Position numbers and translations under genes: made by a program. A stretch of 64,000 nucleotides of DNA from NCBI GenBank assembly GCA_963718615.1, contig OY970368.1, forward strand, positions 2,176,001 through 2,240,000. The letters run 5' to 3'. Shown piece by piece: positions 42,731 to 53,310 of the stretch. Origin of the DNA: an uncultured cyanobacterium (lineage in GTDB: Bacteria > Cyanobacteriota > Cyanobacteriia > PCC-9006 > JAAUQQ01). Under the pieces are notes generated by a model, which was given only the letters and a program-made list of their open reading frames with translations, was not told the origin of the DNA and searched no databases. Within the stretch, counting starts at the first letter, position 1. The number at the start of each line of letters is the position of its first letter.

Positions 42731-43096
42731 CTAGCCTAGCCCTTGGCAGAATGCCTCTAGCCCGTTTTCACTGGCAGCCACGGCGACCGGCAAAACCAAC
42801 AGAGCCGGACAGGCCGTATTCCCGGCCAAATGGCGAATGATGCTACTGGTATCGACAATTTCTTCAGGAGACTGGGTAAAGAGCTCACAAATGGCCGGAC
42901 GATAGCGCTTGGCAAGGCTGAATAGCCAGCGATCGCTATTATCAGGTTCTAAGCCAGCATGGATCGCCAAAGCTACCGCTGCATCTTCGACGTCACCTTC
43001 GCAATCTTCGATTTCGTTGAGCGATCGCAAAATTTCTGGGTAGTCCGCCAGCTCGGAGCGCCATTGGTCAATTTGTTCTGGGGTCACCGTCAACAT
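42731..43096 (-). CDS. Hypothetical protein
   Basis: 121-aa ORF with IEDCEGDVEDAA and GLEAFC segments; RBS-like GGAAGG. Confidence 0.7.
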   Translation of the reverse strand: MLTVTPEQIDQWRSELADYPEILRSLNEIEDCEGDVEDAAVALAIHAGLEPDNSDRWLFSLAKRYRPAICELFTQSPEEIVDTSSIIRHLAGNTACPALLVLPVAVAASENGLEAFCQGLG

Positions 43097-43380
43097 AAAA
43101 AATCCTTCCCACCACCATTAGTCCCGACCTGATGCCGACCCCAAGGGTCGGTCTACACCCCTATTGTCCTGTATATCTGGAGCTTCTGCGTTATTGCCGC
43201 ACTAGTGTAGTGCAATCTGCTCGGCAGTCAAGGGTTTAGCGGACCTGTGGCCCAATCGCAGCCCAACGTGCGGCTCAAGCTCGATCTAAACTCGGTCCAA
43301 GCGGAGGGGCCACGGGCAAAACGTTAGAATTCGCCTAGCGACCCTCTCCCTATCTTTACCTGTCCTTCCTTCCTGCCACT

Positions 43381-44883
43381 ATGCCTTCTTCCCTTACAGC
43401 TCCCGCTCAACCATCAACGCTCCCCTTCAATGTACCTGGACCCTCGGTGTCAACCCCCTGGGGCAAAACGGCTCAGGTGATTCAGTTTGTTCAAGACTCG
43501 TTGGGTTATACGAGCAAGCTCTTTGCGACTTACGGGCCGGTGGTGGCCATGCGCCAAGGGGGCAAGACGCGACTCTATTCCTCGCGGGAGCATTGTCCGG
43601 GGACGGTCTTTGTCTATGGGCCCGAAATTATTCGGCAGATTGCGACGCAAAATGAGGTGTATCACAAATGTCCGCTGACGGGTCCGCTGTATCGTCTGCG
43701 CGATCGCTCGGACCGCACTCGCCCGCTAAATAACTTTTTAGTCGGCCTGTTTGGCATCAATGACGACCAGCATCTGCAAAGCCGCAAGCTAATGATGCCT
43801 GCGTTTCACAAACAGCGCTTACAGACTTACCTGCAAGACATGGTCGCGATCGCGGATGCTGAGCTGAGCCTCCTGAGCCCCGGCCAAACCTATGACATGG
43901 CCAAGGTCATGCAGCGCCTGACGCTGCGAATTGCCACCAAAACCCTCTTTGGCGAGGACTACCGCAATCCCTCCGATGGCACGACGGGTCTAGTCCGAGA
44001 GGCGATTCGACTGCAAAGCCATATTTTGACCAAGCTGTTGCCCTTTGATCTTCCGGGTCTCACCTTTCATCAATTTCTCAATACCGTTAAACGCTATGAA
44101 GAACAAATGGGAGCCATCATTGCCGCCAAGCAAGCCAAGGGAGAAGATGATAATGATTCATCCGATATCCTGTCGATGTTGATTCAGGCCCGTGATGAGG
44201 AGAGCGGGTTACAACTGAGCGAGGATGAGCTGTTGGGCCATGTGGGCGTATTGTTTGTGGCGGGTCATGAAACCAGCGCCAATGCCCTCACCTGGACGCT
44301 CTTTTTGCTATCTCAACACCCCCAAATTGCCCAAACCTTACAGGATGAGCTAAATCGAGCGCTTGGGGGCAATCCACCGACCCTAGAACAGCTCCAAGCC
44401 TTGCCCTATCTAGAAAAGGTGGTGAAAGAAAGTCTGCGAATTATTTCGCCTGTGCCTTGGAATGGGCGGGTGACCTCGCAAGAGACTGAGCTGGGGGGCT
44501 ATCGACTGCCAGCGGGGACAGAGGTGTTTGTCAGTCTTTATCACACCCATCACATGGCGACGATCTACGATGAGCCGGAACGCTTTAATCCTGATCGCTG
44601 GGACCAGATTAATCCCAATAGCTATGAATACAACCCGTTCAGTGCAGGACCTCGGATCTGTATTGGGGCAGCTTTTGCCATGATGGAGATTAAAGTTGTG
44701 CTAGCAAGATTAATGCAGCGTTTTCGGCTAGAGTTTGAGGCAACACAGCGCCTCGATCGCAGTGGTGTCATTGTAACCGCGCCTAAACAGGGCATGCCGA
44801 TGCGGGTTCATTCGTCGGATGGGTCGTTCGCCAAAAGCACACAACCGGTGCAGGGAAATATACGGGAAATGGTTCAATTATGA
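43381..44883 (+). CDS. Cytochrome P450
   Basis: AGHETS, ESLR, PERFNPDRW, FSAGPRICIG heme motif. Confidence 0.96.
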   Translation: MPSSLTAPAQPSTLPFNVPGPSVSTPWGKTAQVIQFVQDSLGYTSKLFATYGPVVAMRQGGKTRLYSSREHCPGTVFVYGPEIIRQIATQNEVYHKCPLTGPLYRLRDRSDRTRPLNNFLVGLFGINDDQHLQSRKLMMPAFHKQRLQTYLQDMVAIADAELSLLSPGQTYDMAKVMQRLTLRIATKTLFGEDYRNPSDGTTGLVREAIRLQSHILTKLLPFDLPGLTFHQFLNTVKRYEEQMGAIIAAKQAKGEDDNDSSDILSMLIQARDEESGLQLSEDELLGHVGVLFVAGHETSANALTWTLFLLSQHPQIAQTLQDELNRALGGNPPTLEQLQALPYLEKVVKESLRIISPVPWNGRVTSQETELGGYRLPAGTEVFVSLYHTHHMATIYDEPERFNPDRWDQINPNSYEYNPFSAGPRICIGAAFAMMEIKVVLARLMQRFRLEFEATQRLDRSGVIVTAPKQGMPMRVHSSDGSFAKSTQPVQGNIREMVQL

Positions 44884-45710
44884 AAATCTCGACCTTAATT
44901 GAGCAATTCGAAGCCTGGGCACCCCCCCACTGGCAGGAGAAATGGGACAACTGCGGCTGGCAAATTGAGCCGGGAATTTTGCAGGAACCGGCACGGGTTT
45001 TAGTGTGTCTGACGCCGACGTTGGCGGTGATGGAAGAGGCGATCGCCCTCCGTCAACCCAACAAGCTCAACCCACAAGGTACCCCCGTCAATTTGATCTT
45101 TGCCCACCATCCCCTGATCTTTGGCCCTCTCAAATCCGTTCGCCAAGGCGATCCTATCGGCGAGATGATGCGCCTCGCCTTTACCCATGGGATTGGGATC
45201 TATAGCGCCCACACCAACTTTGACCAGGTGGAGGACGGAACTGCTGACGTCTTGGCCCAGTGCCTCAACCTCCAAGCCGTGGAGCCCGTGGAGCCAACCC
45301 AGGACGGCTTGGGTTACGGTCGCGTCGGCCAGCTTCAACCTATGCTGACCTTCGAACAATTGCTCAATCAAATCCAGGTGAAGCTTCAGCCCCCCCAGCT
45401 TATTTATTCTCCCGAAGCGGATTTACAGCGTCCCATTGAGCGGGTGGCGGTGCTGGGGGGCTCGGGTGCGGGCTATATCGGTGCGGTCTGCAAAAGGGGG
45501 GCTCAGGCCTATCTGACCTCGGATTGCAAGTTTCATCAATTTCAGGAGGCTCGCGATCGCCAACTCATCCTCATCGACGCGGGCCACTATGCCACCGAGC
45601 GTCCGGCCTGTGCCCGATTAGTTGAACGATTTGAATCACAAGGTGTCCCTTGGGTCAAGCTGAGTGACCAAGATGAAGACTTTCGCAAATTTCGTCGGAG
45701 CCAACGCTAA
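44880..45710 (+). CDS. Nif3-like dinuclear metal centre protein (YbgI family)
   Basis: WDNCGWQ, AHHPLIF, HTNFD, GGSG, DAGHYATE. Confidence 0.93.
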   Translation: MKISTLIEQFEAWAPPHWQEKWDNCGWQIEPGILQEPARVLVCLTPTLAVMEEAIALRQPNKLNPQGTPVNLIFAHHPLIFGPLKSVRQGDPIGEMMRLAFTHGIGIYSAHTNFDQVEDGTADVLAQCLNLQAVEPVEPTQDGLGYGRVGQLQPMLTFEQLLNQIQVKLQPPQLIYSPEADLQRPIERVAVLGGSGAGYIGAVCKRGAQAYLTSDCKFHQFQEARDRQLILIDAGHYATERPACARLVERFESQGVPWVKLSDQDEDFRKFRRSQR

Positions 45711-46081
45711 TCTCCCCTTTACAATTTCTTAATTTGACTTTTCTTCTCGCGAGAAGGTGCTAACTTTAAATCAGGCGCAAACAAGAGAAATCTTGAACCC
45801 GGAATAAAGCAAGGCCAGCGCCTCCTGCCAATGCTTACCACGGCTTTTAAGTCTAAAACGCCAATGCTATGAGTTGGGGTAAATTACCGGTTTGATCTTC
45901 GATTTTTAGTTTATCCAGGATGGTTTTGCTTGATTAGAGAAGATCGCCGTTGTAAAGCCCAAGTTTAACTGTCTTTTGAGAGCTTGGTTGTTGAGGAACT
46001 GTGTGAAGCTGTGTTCTTGTAAACCCCTAGTAATCTTCCTGAATTTAATTGATTGATCTTAAGCACTTTCTATCGTTAGCT

Positions 46082-46110
46082 TAGCCCTAGAGCACTTCTA
46101 GGGCTATTTG
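46082..46110 (+). terminator. Hairpin in the middle of a long intergenic region
   Basis: TAGCCCTAGA-GCACT-TCTAGGGCTA followed by TTTG. Confidence 0.45.
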
Positions 46111-46783
46111 CTGTTTGTGGGTGGGTGAGTATTAACGCTGGGTTGCCGAGGCTCCATTCTTTAGGCCGTGCAAATTAAGCCGCACAAATAGCTGGCACAG
46201 ACAGATACATAAAATCAGGTTTCAAAAGGTGTTCAAAACATCAAATTATCAGAATATAGAGTTTGCATTTTGGGTCTTTAGACTACGCAATGTAACGCTC
46301 CTTAAAGTTTTCTTAGCAATATACCCATCCTTTTAGATTCGGTGTAACTTGTATTCAAGGCACAAGACAACCGCGAACTAAATCACCCCCGCGATGTCTC
46401 CCCTAACAATCTGAGTAACAGGCTCGTGCCTCCCGCCTTGTTCTCACCGCAGTGATTCGCTCTTTTTGTCCGCCCATACCAGAGGGCACTTCAATATTCC
46501 CTTCCTTGCTTAGGTCCCGAAGCATTCGTGACAGCAAGAAGCGTTGAATAAGGTCCCTAAAATCCCCATCTCCTAAGAGATTATGAGGCGTTAGCAAATT
46601 CCGGAATCCGCTGTGAAAGGTCCACCCTAGTCATGCAATGTACATCACTTGATTAAATTGAATCCCGTTCTACTGTTTCTGTAGCCCCAAGTCAAATGCT
46701 TGGGGCTATTGTTTTTGCTATTACTTGCCGTGTGATGCAATCCTCCTCTATGATTAGAGACTGTGTCGAAATAACGAACATCC

Positions 46784-46984
46784 ATGCCTAAGCTCAAAAC
46801 CCGTCGGGCTGCCGCAAAGCGCTTTCGTGCGACCGGCAGCGGCAAAATTGTCCGTCGCAAGGCTTTCAAAAGCCACCTCCTAGAGCACAAGAGTGCCAAT
46901 AAGAAGCGTCATCTCTCGAAGACGACCCTCGTTCACGAGACCGATGCTGACCGCGTTAAGGGAATGGTGCCTAGCCTCCGCTAA
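46784..46984 (+). CDS. rpmI: 50S ribosomal protein L35
   Basis: [21 protein letters not shown]. Confidence 0.98.
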   Translation: MPKLKTRRAAAKRFRATGSGKIVRRKAFKSHLLEHKSANKKRHLSKTTLVHETDADRVKGMVPSLR

Positions 46985-47181
46985 ACGGGCCGTGTGGCAA
47001 GCCTGTGACTGGCAAGCCCGTGATTAACAAATCCGTGCTCGGTGAATCCGTACTCGGTAAAAATAGACTAATCGTCGTAAGCGATCGCCAACTCCGTGGC
47101 TTTGCTCACCCCTTGCCCGGACGCTGATCCGAACGGTTAGTTCAAACTGATCGAATTCCATAAAAACAGGGGAAATAACCT

Positions 47182-47535
47182 ATGGCTCGTGTAAAGCGCG
47201 GCAACGTTGCCCGCAAACGTCGTAACAAAATTTTGAAGCTGGCCAAAGGCTTCCGGGGCAGTCAGTCGAAGCTCTTCCGGACGGCAAACCAGCGGGTGAT
47301 GAAGGCATTGACCAATGCCTATCGCGATCGCCGCAAGAAAAAGCGTGATTTCCGCCGCCTTTGGATTGCGCGGATCAATGCAGCGGCTCGCATGCATGGT
47401 CTGAGCTACAGCCGCTTGATGGGAGGACTGAAAAAGTCTGACATCCAAATCAATCGCAAGATGCTCTCGCAGATGGCCATTCTGGATCCCCAGGGGTTTG
47501 CCGCTGTGGTTGAGATTGCGAAAAAATTAGCTTAA
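47182..47535 (+). CDS. rplT: 50S ribosomal protein L20
   Basis: [14 protein letters not shown]...[15 protein letters not shown]. Confidence 0.98.
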   Translation: MARVKRGNVARKRRNKILKLAKGFRGSQSKLFRTANQRVMKALTNAYRDRRKKKRDFRRLWIARINAAARMHGLSYSRLMGGLKKSDIQINRKMLSQMAILDPQGFAAVVEIAKKLA

Positions 47536-47540
47536 GGCAA

Positions 47541-48434
47541 GTGGTGTTGAGGCGCTGGATTCATGTCGTCAGACGGTCAATCCCTGGTCGATTGACAATT
47601 TGGCAAATGGCTCCGGGCCTCGCTCTTGCCATTTGGGGGGCACAGGTGACTGTGCCCATTTTTCTTGCTCCGTTGGATTTGTCTGGGGATATTTTGTCTG
47701 GGGATATTTTGTTCGCAGAACAGCGGGCGATCGCCACGGAACTCCGCCAAATCCAGCAGCGGGGATACCTGATCGTTGGGGTTAAAGAGAATGTGCCTCC
47801 CTTGGGATCCCGGACGGTCGCGGGGGAGCTGGAGGGATTTGAAATCGATCTGGCTCGGCGGCTGGCGACAGATTTACTGGGGGATGGGGCGGCAGTTGAG
47901 CTGAAACCTTTGGCCAATCCGGATCGCCTCCCGGCTCTGTTGGCGGGAGAGGTGGATCTGCTGATTGCCCAAGTGACCCAAACGGCTGATCGCGATCGCC
48001 TCGTGACCTTCAGCCCCCCTTATTACCTCAGCGGGATGCAGGTGATCACGCTACAGCCTGAGTTGAATCGCTTAGCTGCGCTGCGGGATCAGCGTTTGGG
48101 AGTTCTGGTGGGATCGGATGCGGGGGCGATCGCCCTTGCCCGTTTACCTCGGCTGACGCTGGTTCCCTACGATTCCTATCGCGCGGCGCAAGCGGGTTTA
48201 CGGCAAGGGGACATTGATGCTTTCCTGGGCGATGCCGCGATCTTGACCGGTTGGCAACAGGCCCAGCCTGAACTGCTGTCCGTGGGACCGCTGCTGTCTG
48301 TGGATACCTTGGCGATCGCCCTACCCAAAGGGCTACAGCATGAACCTCTGCGCCAAAAAGTTGAAGCCATTGTGCGTCAGTGGCAGCAGTCTGGCTGGCT
48401 GCAAAACCGGCAACAGCATTGGGGCTTGCCCTAG
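47541..48434 (+). CDS. Amino-acid ABC transporter substrate-binding protein (family 3)
   Basis: LIVGVKENVPPLG, GFEIDLA, FSPPYY. Confidence 0.88.
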   Translation: MVLRRWIHVVRRSIPGRLTIWQMAPGLALAIWGAQVTVPIFLAPLDLSGDILSGDILFAEQRAIATELRQIQQRGYLIVGVKENVPPLGSRTVAGELEGFEIDLARRLATDLLGDGAAVELKPLANPDRLPALLAGEVDLLIAQVTQTADRDRLVTFSPPYYLSGMQVITLQPELNRLAALRDQRLGVLVGSDAGAIALARLPRLTLVPYDSYRAAQAGLRQGDIDAFLGDAAILTGWQQAQPELLSVGPLLSVDTLAIALPKGLQHEPLRQKVEAIVRQWQQSGWLQNRQQHWGLP

Positions 48435-48571
48435 CCCTGCCTCTTTTCACATCTGTTCGCAATTTTTTAGTTGTGACCTTCTCCCACTATCAACGAACTC
48501 TTTTGGTAGGGTTAAGGATAGAGATTTTTGATTCTTCTTAAATTCTGTTTTGGAACAATAAAAAAACGCGG

Positions 48572-49102
48572 ATGGAATTCGATCTACCTATTATTTATCT
48601 CTCAGTGTTGATTGTCCTACTCGGGGGCACTAGCTTTTTTGTCATCAAGCAGGTGATTAAAACCCGCAACAGTGAAGTGCGCATGCTTGATCTTCAGACA
48701 AAGCTCAGCAAGGGTAAAGGGACGGCCTACGACTATTACCAGTTCGGTAGCATGCTCCTAGAGAAAAAGCTGTTTGGTCAGGCTGCCACTGAGTTGCAAA
48801 AGACACTAAAGGCCAAGGACTTAGAGGAGGGTGAACCCAAAGCCCTCGTTCTCAATGCCTTGGGCTACACCTACGCAGCCCAAAACCAATACGACATTGC
48901 CATTCGTCATTACAAAGACGCCCTTAAACTCAAACCGGATTATGTCGTCGCGTTAAACAATCTGGGCTTTGCCTATGAGCGCAAGCAGTTGACAATACCT
49001 GCACTACAAGCTTACGAGCAGGCTCTAGAGCTAGAGCCCAAGAACGCTACAGCCCAAAAGCGGGCCAACTCGCTGCGCAAGCGTATTAGTCCGGTCACTT
49101 GA
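48572..49102 (+). CDS. ycf37: TPR protein Ycf37 (PSI assembly)
   Basis: N-terminal TM plus TPRs (NALGYTY, ALNNLGFAYE); typical position after rplT. Confidence 0.8.
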   Translation: MEFDLPIIYLSVLIVLLGGTSFFVIKQVIKTRNSEVRMLDLQTKLSKGKGTAYDYYQFGSMLLEKKLFGQAATELQKTLKAKDLEEGEPKALVLNALGYTYAAQNQYDIAIRHYKDALKLKPDYVVALNNLGFAYERKQLTIPALQAYEQALELEPKNATAQKRANSLRKRISPVT

Positions 49103-49179
49103 CTCCCTGGCTGACCAGAAGCTGACCTGCAACCCATGGCCTCAACAGATTCCATCGCGAATTCCATTGCGAACGCTCT

Positions 49180-51051
49180 ATGACCCTTTTTGCACCGCCT
49201 GCCAAACAAGGTAACAGTACTCGGACCGTCGGGCGATCGTCCCAATCGATCATCTTGATGGCGATTATTTCGCTAGTTTTGGTGGGAGGGCTGGGCGCAC
49301 GGCTGGCCTATTTACAGCTCATTACCGGCGCATCCAACGACCTTAAGGCGGAAGAAAATCAAATTCGTTTGATTCCCAAGCCGCCAGAGCGAGGTCGGAT
49401 TTACGATCGCAATGGCCAAGTTTTGGCCTCTAGTCGGATTTCCCATGCGGTTTATGTGTGGCCGATTGAAACGCGCAATCCACAATGGCCTGAAACCCGC
49501 AAACGTCTGGCCGCGATTTTGAAGATGCCCGACAAGGAAATTCAGGATCGGATTGACAATGCTGAAAATCAGCCCTATCGGGTTCGCATTGCCAGGGATA
49601 TTACCCCCAAGCAAATTGTGGCGATTCAGGAAAAGCGGCGAGAGTTTCGGGGCGTTGAGGTGGACCCCGAGACGATCCGCTATTACCCCAATGGGGATCT
49701 TGCGGCCCATGTTCTGGGCTATACCCGTGAAGTGACCGCCGATGACCTGGATCGACTCGATCAAGAAACCCCTAAACCGACGGACATTGAAAAGCTGAAG
49801 GAATGGAATGTTACCCATTACCGGTCAGGTGATGTGATTGGTAAGGGTGGACTGGAATATACCTACGAAAAAGACCTGCGCGGCAGTTGGGGGGGGCAGC
49901 AGGTCCAGGTCAATGCTGCCGGCAACATTACCAAAGTGATGGGGGAACAGCCTGCGGCGAAGGGGCAAGATATTCGGCTGACGATTGATATTCGGCTCCA
50001 GCGGGTGGCGGAAAAGGTTTTGGGCGATCGCATGGGAGCGATTGTCGCTATGGATCCCCGCAATGGCGAGGTCCTGGCCATGGTGAGCCGCCCCGCCTTT
50101 GACCCCAATCTATTTTCCAAGCCCTTAGACGAAGCCACTTGGACTAAGCTAAATGATCCCATCCAGGCTCCGCTGGTCAATCGCGCCCTAAGCGGCTATC
50201 CCCCCGCCAGTACATTCAAAATCGTCACGGCGAGCGCGGGTATGGAGTCTGGGAAGTTTAGTCCCGATACGGTGCTTCAGACCTATCCTTTTTTGACCAT
50301 CGGTGGCATTCAGTTTTGGGACTGGAACAATGCCGGGTTTGGCCCCTTGGGTTTTGCTGGAGCGCTAGCGATGAGCAGCGACACGTTTTTCTACCAAATT
50401 GGGCGCGGAATTGGGGGAGAAACCCTGATTGATTGGACCCGCAAGTATGGTTTTGGTACCCATACCGGGATCGAACTGTCCCATGAAGAGGATACGGGGC
50501 TCGTGCCCGATGACGCCTGGAAGCGCAAATGGCTTGACCAGGAATGGTTTATGGGCGACACGATTAACATGTCCATTGGTCAGGGCTTTATGCTGGCAAC
50601 GCCGCTGCAGGTCGCGAATATGTTCAGTGTTCCAGCCAACGGAGGCAGCCTCGTCGTCCCCCATTTGCGCAAGCCCAAGGACGCGGACCCAGCCCAATGG
50701 AAAAAGTCCATTAACCTGCAACCCAGCACAGTGGAGGTGGTGCGTCAGGGTTTGCGGAGTGTTGTTGCTGGGGGAACCGGAGCGGTGATGGATGTACCGA
50801 CCCTGCCCCCCAACGCGGGTAAAACCGGAACGGCTGAAGATCCACCGCGCCCCTCCCACGTCTGGTATGGTGGTTTTGCTCCGTTTGATAAGCCCGAAAT
50901 CGTCGTTGTGGCCTTCGGGGAAAATTCGGGGGGTGGCGGTGGTAAAATCGCGGCCCCTATGGTTCGCCAAGTCATGGAAACCTATTTCAATGGCACTGCT
51001 GTTCCTACGGCGGATGCTGAGGCTGCGGTTGCTGTTCCTCCTGGGGATTGA
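49180..51051 (+). CDS. mrdA: Penicillin-binding protein 2
   Basis: RGRIYDRNG, STFK, SSD, GKTGTAE. Confidence 0.93.
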   Translation: MTLFAPPAKQGNSTRTVGRSSQSIILMAIISLVLVGGLGARLAYLQLITGASNDLKAEENQIRLIPKPPERGRIYDRNGQVLASSRISHAVYVWPIETRNPQWPETRKRLAAILKMPDKEIQDRIDNAENQPYRVRIARDITPKQIVAIQEKRREFRGVEVDPETIRYYPNGDLAAHVLGYTREVTADDLDRLDQETPKPTDIEKLKEWNVTHYRSGDVIGKGGLEYTYEKDLRGSWGGQQVQVNAAGNITKVMGEQPAAKGQDIRLTIDIRLQRVAEKVLGDRMGAIVAMDPRNGEVLAMVSRPAFDPNLFSKPLDEATWTKLNDPIQAPLVNRALSGYPPASTFKIVTASAGMESGKFSPDTVLQTYPFLTIGGIQFWDWNNAGFGPLGFAGALAMSSDTFFYQIGRGIGGETLIDWTRKYGFGTHTGIELSHEEDTGLVPDDAWKRKWLDQEWFMGDTINMSIGQGFMLATPLQVANMFSVPANGGSLVVPHLRKPKDADPAQWKKSINLQPSTVEVVRQGLRSVVAGGTGAVMDVPTLPPNAGKTGTAEDPPRPSHVWYGGFAPFDKPEIVVVAFGENSGGGGGKIAAPMVRQVMETYFNGTAVPTADAEAAVAVPPGD

Positions 51052-51327
51052 TCTCTCGGCCTGAGGGTCGGGGGTGCTGACCCCTTCCCAAACTGGAAAA
51101 CAATCTGGATGTGTTGTGGTTTGATTCAATTCTTGCTCTTTAGGTGCAGTTGGGTTAGGAATGTCAGGATTCTCTGTCAGAATCTAGTCGGTCGTTGAAG
51201 GGAGTTGTCCTGGTAAGCTGTCTCAATGGATCATGATGCTTACCCATGAGAGATTCAATGTCTCCTTACGGGGTGCCCATTCCCATATTTTGTCTACTAC
51301 TCCACCATTCTCCAAGAACGGCCTCCC

Positions 51328-52062
51328 GTGAAGTTTTTTCATTACCACACGCCTGAGCTCACCCCTGCGAAACCTCACGCCGACTGTGCGATCGCCATTG
51401 ATGTCCTGCGGGCAACGACCACCATAGCCCAGGCCCTATCGGTTGGAGCAGAAGGGATTCAAGCCTTTAGCGATATTGACCAATTACTAACAGCAAGTGC
51501 AGCTTGGCCTCCGGAAAAGCGCCTGCGGGCGGGAGAGCGGGGCGGCAAACAGGTTGAAGGCTGCGATTTGGGCAATTCTCCCTTGGACTGTACCCCCGAA
51601 CGCTTCGCGGGACGACGGTTATTTATTAGCACCACCAATGGCACCCGCGCCCTCCAGCGGATTCAGTCGGTGCCACTGGTGATGACAGCAGCACTGGTCA
51701 ACCGGGCCAGTGTGACGGACTATCTTTTGGAAAAGCAGCCCGAAACCATTTGGCTGGTGGCCTCTGGTTGGGAGGGGAGCTATGCCCTAGAGGATACGGT
51801 TTGTGCTGGGGCGATCGTGCAGCGGGTTTTGGAGAAAACGGGGCGATCGCTCGGTGATCTAGCGGGCAATGACGAAGTTGTCGGTGCAGTGACCTTATTT
51901 CGCCAGTGGCAAGATAATCTGCTGGGGCTGTTGCACCACTCTAGCCATGGCCAGAGACTCTTGCGGTTGGAAAATCAGCAGGACATTGAGTTTTGTGCTC
52001 AGCTCGATAGCCTTGACATTGTGCCGCGCCAGTCGGAGCCCGGTGTGTTGAAGCGGGTCTAG
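51328..52062 (+). CDS. comB: 2-phosphosulfolactate phosphatase family protein
   Basis: [34 protein letters not shown]. Confidence 0.92.
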   Translation: MKFFHYHTPELTPAKPHADCAIAIDVLRATTTIAQALSVGAEGIQAFSDIDQLLTASAAWPPEKRLRAGERGGKQVEGCDLGNSPLDCTPERFAGRRLFISTTNGTRALQRIQSVPLVMTAALVNRASVTDYLLEKQPETIWLVASGWEGSYALEDTVCAGAIVQRVLEKTGRSLGDLAGNDEVVGAVTLFRQWQDNLLGLLHHSSHGQRLLRLENQQDIEFCAQLDSLDIVPRQSEPGVLKRV

Positions 52063-52130
52063 GTCTGGGGGTTCTGGCCAGGAACAAGGTGGCCGGGAAC
52101 ACGATAGCAAGGTGTTTGGGTAGGAAACTG

Positions 52131-52745
52131 TCAGCCACAAATGGGCCGACAGCCGGGGCGCACCGCGTGAATATATTCACTTCCGGCGGCAGGCCAGGTG
52201 CGCCAATGGTCCGCTTCGGCGGGCTGTCCCCAGCCCAGTTGCAGCAGGATTTCGAGGAAGTCTTGGCGTTGCCAGGCTCGCAGCGTGGCCCATGCGGTGC
52301 GTCGGGCGATCGCCCCCAGTTCTTCCGTCGTAATGGGCACAAAATCCTTGCCCCGATTGACCGCTAAAAATAGCTCCATCCCCGCTGTCAACTGCTGCCA
52401 CCGCTGCAAAATCTCCGGTAGTGCCTCACGCAGCACTTTCAGGTCTTCTTGCAGGGCAATCAGGTGGGGATGGGTTTCTGGAAACCGAAGCTGCTCACCA
52501 TTGACCTCGACGGTTTCCCAGACCAAGCCAGACACCGCGTACTCTCGCTGGTAATTGTGAATGGCCTGTTTAAAACCCTGATAGGCCGAATATTTTTGAA
52601 TCCCTTCCGTTTTGAGAAACGGGGCAATAACTGGATCTAGCGGTATCGCTTGGGTGTTGAGATGCAGTCGCTCCCCTTGGAGACAAGCTTGACGCTCCGA
52701 TTGCAGGATTCGGATTAAGTCCTGGGTCGTGTATGCCGGGTTCAT
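52131..52745 (-). CDS. Hypothetical protein
   Basis: 204-aa ATG ORF downstream of lspA. Confidence 0.75.
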   Translation of the reverse strand: MNPAYTTQDLIRILQSERQACLQGERLHLNTQAIPLDPVIAPFLKTEGIQKYSAYQGFKQAIHNYQREYAVSGLVWETVEVNGEQLRFPETHPHLIALQEDLKVLREALPEILQRWQQLTAGMELFLAVNRGKDFVPITTEELGAIARRTAWATLRAWQRQDFLEILLQLGWGQPAEADHWRTWPAAGSEYIHAVRPGCRPICG

Positions 52746-52797
52746 CGGAAAAAAGACGAACGGTTGCCGAGATTGGCCTCATTCTATCTGAATTTCC

Positions 52798-53259
52798 TTA
52801 GCTGCGCTTGGAGCCCGGCGTCAGAAATGCTCCCAGGATCAGACAGGCAATTCCCACGTTAATCATGACATCGGCCACATTAAAAACCGCAAAGTTAATC
52901 CAGCGAAAATCCAAAAAATCCACGACCCGTCCAGCCGCAAATCGGTCGATGCCGTTGCCAAATGCCCCCGAGAAAATAAAACCATAGCCCCACTGCTCCC
53001 AGCGGCCCATGCGAGGGCTCACCCAGGCCCAAATCCCCAGGGCCAGACTCACTCCGAGGGATAGCCAGCGCAGCCACTCGCCACTCTGACTAAACCAGCT
53101 AAAGGCAGCCCCCGGATTTTCCACATAGGTGAAGTGAAAAACCCCTGGCCACAGGGGCCAGGATTCATGGAGCTGAAAGTGGTCCATGACCCAATGCTTT
53201 GTGATCCGATCTAAGATCAGTCCCGCAAAAGCCGCGATCCAAAAGAATGGGTTTCTCAA
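52798..53259 (-). CDS. lspA: Signal peptidase II
   Basis: NPGAAFS, GNGIDR...VVDF, FNVAD. Confidence 0.95.
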   Translation of the reverse strand: MRNPFFWIAAFAGLILDRITKHWVMDHFQLHESWPLWPGVFHFTYVENPGAAFSWFSQSGEWLRWLSLGVSLALGIWAWVSPRMGRWEQWGYGFIFSGAFGNGIDRFAAGRVVDFLDFRWINFAVFNVADVMINVGIACLILGAFLTPGSKRS

Positions 53260-53310
53260 ACCGTTAACCTAGTGCTGCACAATCTACCTAAGATCTATTC
53301 TAATTCGTCT

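Noticed and set aside
43381-44883. P450 as the maturase of the GG-leader peptide
   Set aside because: Separated by three unrelated genes, coupled to Nif3 instead, and the core does not resemble the short aromatic cores of known P450-modified RiPPs
46403-46597. 64-aa minus-strand ORF in the long intergenic region
   Set aside because: Non-ATG start and no recognisable motif; cannot be supported
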